NCBI GenBank assembly: GCA_963790205.1
Contig: CAWBNQ010000003.1
Span: 32,001-96,000, forward strand
Direction: 5' to 3'
DNA from: Nitrospirota bacterium
GTDB lineage: Bacteria; Nitrospirota; UBA9217
DNA length: 64,000 nucleotides
Positions 62,036 through 64,000 of this stretch are shown in pieces. Positions within the stretch are counted from its first letter, which is position 1; each line of letters begins with the position of its first letter. The notes beneath the pieces were generated by a model that was not told the origin of the DNA, made no database searches, and saw only the letters and a list, made by a program, of their open reading frames with translations. Made by a program: the position numbers and the translations under genes.

Positions 62036-63667
62036 GTGCCCCCTGTGACCGCCGCGCTTGTCATCTTCATCATCACCTATCTCTTCATCGGGCTCAGGCA
62101 GATCCCGCGGGTGCATATCGACCGGACCGCGGGCGCGCTCGTGGGCGCGGTGCTCATGATCGTCTTCGGCGTGCTGACCCTCGACCAGGCCTTTGCCGCC
62201 ATCGACATGAACACCCTGCTTCTGCTGCTCGGCATGATGATCATCACCGTCTACCTCCGGACCGCGGGGTTCTTCGAGCTTATGGCAGACAAGATTCTTT
62301 CACTCTCGAAGACGCCGACTCAGCTCCTTATCTTCATTACACTCTCGTCGGGCCTGCTCTCCGCCCTGTTCGTGAACGACACGATCTGCCTGCTCTATAC
62401 GCCGATCATTCTCGAAGTGACCGTCCAACTCGGCGTGAACCCCATGCCGTACCTGCTCGCGCTCGCCACGTCGTCGAATATCGGGAGCGTCATGACCGTC
62501 ACGGGCAACCCGCAGAACATGCTCATCGGCATCTACTCGAAGATCCCCTATCTTTCTTTTTTCGGCGCGCTCTTTCCGGTGGCGCTCCTCGGGTTTGTCG
62601 TGATTGTCCTGGTGATCCGGTTCCTGTACCGCAAGGACATGAAGAAGGAGTGCTTTCTGAAGAGGCCGGCGGTGCCTGTCTACGAGGTCAACAAACCGCT
62701 GCTCACAAAGGCGCTCGTGATCTGCGCGGGGGTGCTCGTCGCGTTCTCGGCGGGATATCCCTATTCCCTGACCGCGGCAACGGGAGCGGTGGTCCTGATG
62801 CTCGTGGGCGGGGTACGCACGGAGCGGGTCCTCGAAGGCGTGGACTGGACGCTCCTGCTTTTCTTCTCCGGCCTCTTTGTGGTCATGCACGGCGTCGAGG
62901 CGTCGGGCCTTGCCCGCACGATGATCGGCTGGACCGGCGGAGTTACGGAAACGACGAGCGCGGGCAGGATCGCCGGGCTGTCGTTCATCTCCGCCCTGCT
63001 GTCCAATGTCGTCAGCAATGTGCCTGCGGTGATGCTGCTCAAACCCTTTGTAGAATCCCTCGGCGGAGACAGGACCGCATGGCTCGCGCTCGCTATGAGC
63101 AGCACCCTCGCGGGAAACCTCACTCTCATCGGTTCGGTCGCGAACCTGATCGTGGTACAGCAGGCGAGGCGGAAGGTGGAGATCGGGTTCATGGAATATT
63201 TCCGCGCGGGCGCCGTGATCACGGCCGCGACCATCGCCATCGGCATCCTGGTGCTCGCCCTGGAAGTGCGCGCGGCGCACGGCGCCGAGGCGGGGGTCCT
63301 GGAAAAGCAGATGACGGTGACCGTCGCCTCTCCCGGTACTGCCGCAGGAGCGCGGACCTTCCGGGTCGTGCTTGTGTGCGATACCATCCAAAAACGGGAA
63401 CAAGGACTGCAGGGATTCCGGCCCTTGATGCCCGGCGAGGCCGCGCTCTTTGCGTTCGACAGGCCCGAGGCCGTTTCCTTCTGGATGGGCAGCGTCGCGT
63501 TTCCCATCGACATCATCTTCGTCTCTTCCGGGAAAGAGGTCGAGCGAGTTTATCCCTCCCTCAGGCCCGGAAGTTCTGGCCTGTATCCCTCGGGCGGGCC
63601 GGTCACCTGGGTGCTCGAGACCGCGGCAGGCTCGGGGGTCAGGGTGGGGGACAGGGTTGTTTTTTGA
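62036..63667 (+). CDS. ArsB/NhaD/CitM-type anion transporter fused to a DUF192 domain
   Basis: SALFVND, NIGS..T.TGNPQN, SNVP, STLAGN.T.IGS.AN.IV; C-terminal R.QGL...FWM....FPIDIIF...VLE. Confidence 0.88.
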   Translation: MPPVTAALVIFIITYLFIGLRQIPRVHIDRTAGALVGAVLMIVFGVLTLDQAFAAIDMNTLLLLLGMMIITVYLRTAGFFELMADKILSLSKTPTQLLIFITLSSGLLSALFVNDTICLLYTPIILEVTVQLGVNPMPYLLALATSSNIGSVMTVTGNPQNMLIGIYSKIPYLSFFGALFPVALLGFVVIVLVIRFLYRKDMKKECFLKRPAVPVYEVNKPLLTKALVICAGVLVAFSAGYPYSLTAATGAVVLMLVGGVRTERVLEGVDWTLLLFFSGLFVVMHGVEASGLARTMIGWTGGVTETTSAGRIAGLSFISALLSNVVSNVPAVMLLKPFVESLGGDRTAWLALAMSSTLAGNLTLIGSVANLIVVQQARRKVEIGFMEYFRAGAVITAATIAIGILVLALEVRAAHGAEAGVLEKQMTVTVASPGTAAGARTFRVVLVCDTIQKREQGLQGFRPLMPGEAALFAFDRPEAVSFWMGSVAFPIDIIFVSSGKEVERVYPSLRPGSSGLYPSGGPVTWVLETAAGSGVRVGDRVVF

Positions 63668-63768
63668 TTGCGGATTGCCGATCTCGGATTGCGGACCGTG
63701 CAAATGCGGAATGAGAGGAGCGTTAATTGCGTTTTTAAATCCGAAATTCGTAATCCGTAATCCGAAAT
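63667..63768. repeat. Heptamer-based palindromic repeat
   Basis: ATTGCGG/ATTGCCG/ATCTCGG arm and AATCCGA/AATTCGT/AATCCGT arm. Confidence 0.65.
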
Positions 63769-63775
63769 GGAGTCT

Positions 63776-64000
63776 ATGGAACTGGGTTATCGAATAATCA
63801 GGCCTGACGATGTGGGAAAGTACCCCTTGCCTTTTGCTCAGATATCGCTCTGGCGCGAGGCGAACTGGGGTGTGGCCGCCGGAGAAGAGGCCGTTCGGCA
63901 GGCAATCGCTATCGCGCAGAGGTGCAAAACGCGCGGTATTCGGACGGTTTTTCATCCCCTCGAATATCCCCTGTCCAACGCGCACAATCCTCAAACCCTG
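63776..64000 (+). CDS. Hypothetical protein, 3' end outside the window
   Basis: GGAG RBS and ATG; frame open to the window end. Confidence 0.5.
   Translation, partial: MELGYRIIRPDDVGKYPLPFAQISLWREANWGVAAGEEAVRQAIAIAQRCKTRGIRTVFHPLEYPLSNAHNPQTL

Overview
GC-rich bacterial chromosome segment, probably from an anaerobic Nitrospirota- or Desulfobacterota-like organism (inferred from gene content and repeat style, not proven). Core genes include a pabB/trpE-family gene, a YhaN-like ATPase-tmk-holB-ricT-metG-tatD(radical SAM fusion) cluster, a half-length purH, fsa, aroK, trxB and cspA. There is also a selenocysteine formate dehydrogenase operon (fdnGHI-fdhE) next to FmdE, ModE and MoeA-like genes. 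Accessory content: an intact IS630 with a +1 recoding site inserted between a promoter and its gene, a decayed integron-type cassette region carrying mscL, a VapBC module, and many REP/MITE-like repeats. The most notable feature is a pair of paralogous ~300-nt orphan structured RNAs on the minus strand (15632-15930 and 16933-17240). Each has its own extended -10 promoter and U7 tail, the two show compensatory base changes, they flank a methyltransferase gene, and they match no RNA family I recognise. Other candidate RNA elements: a four-copy hairpin/terminator family (3375-9870), a triple structured repeat upstream of ricT-metG, and a structured fdnG leader. No rRNA, tRNA or CRISPR array was seen. 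No database searches or folding programs were run; all structures are by-eye pairings.
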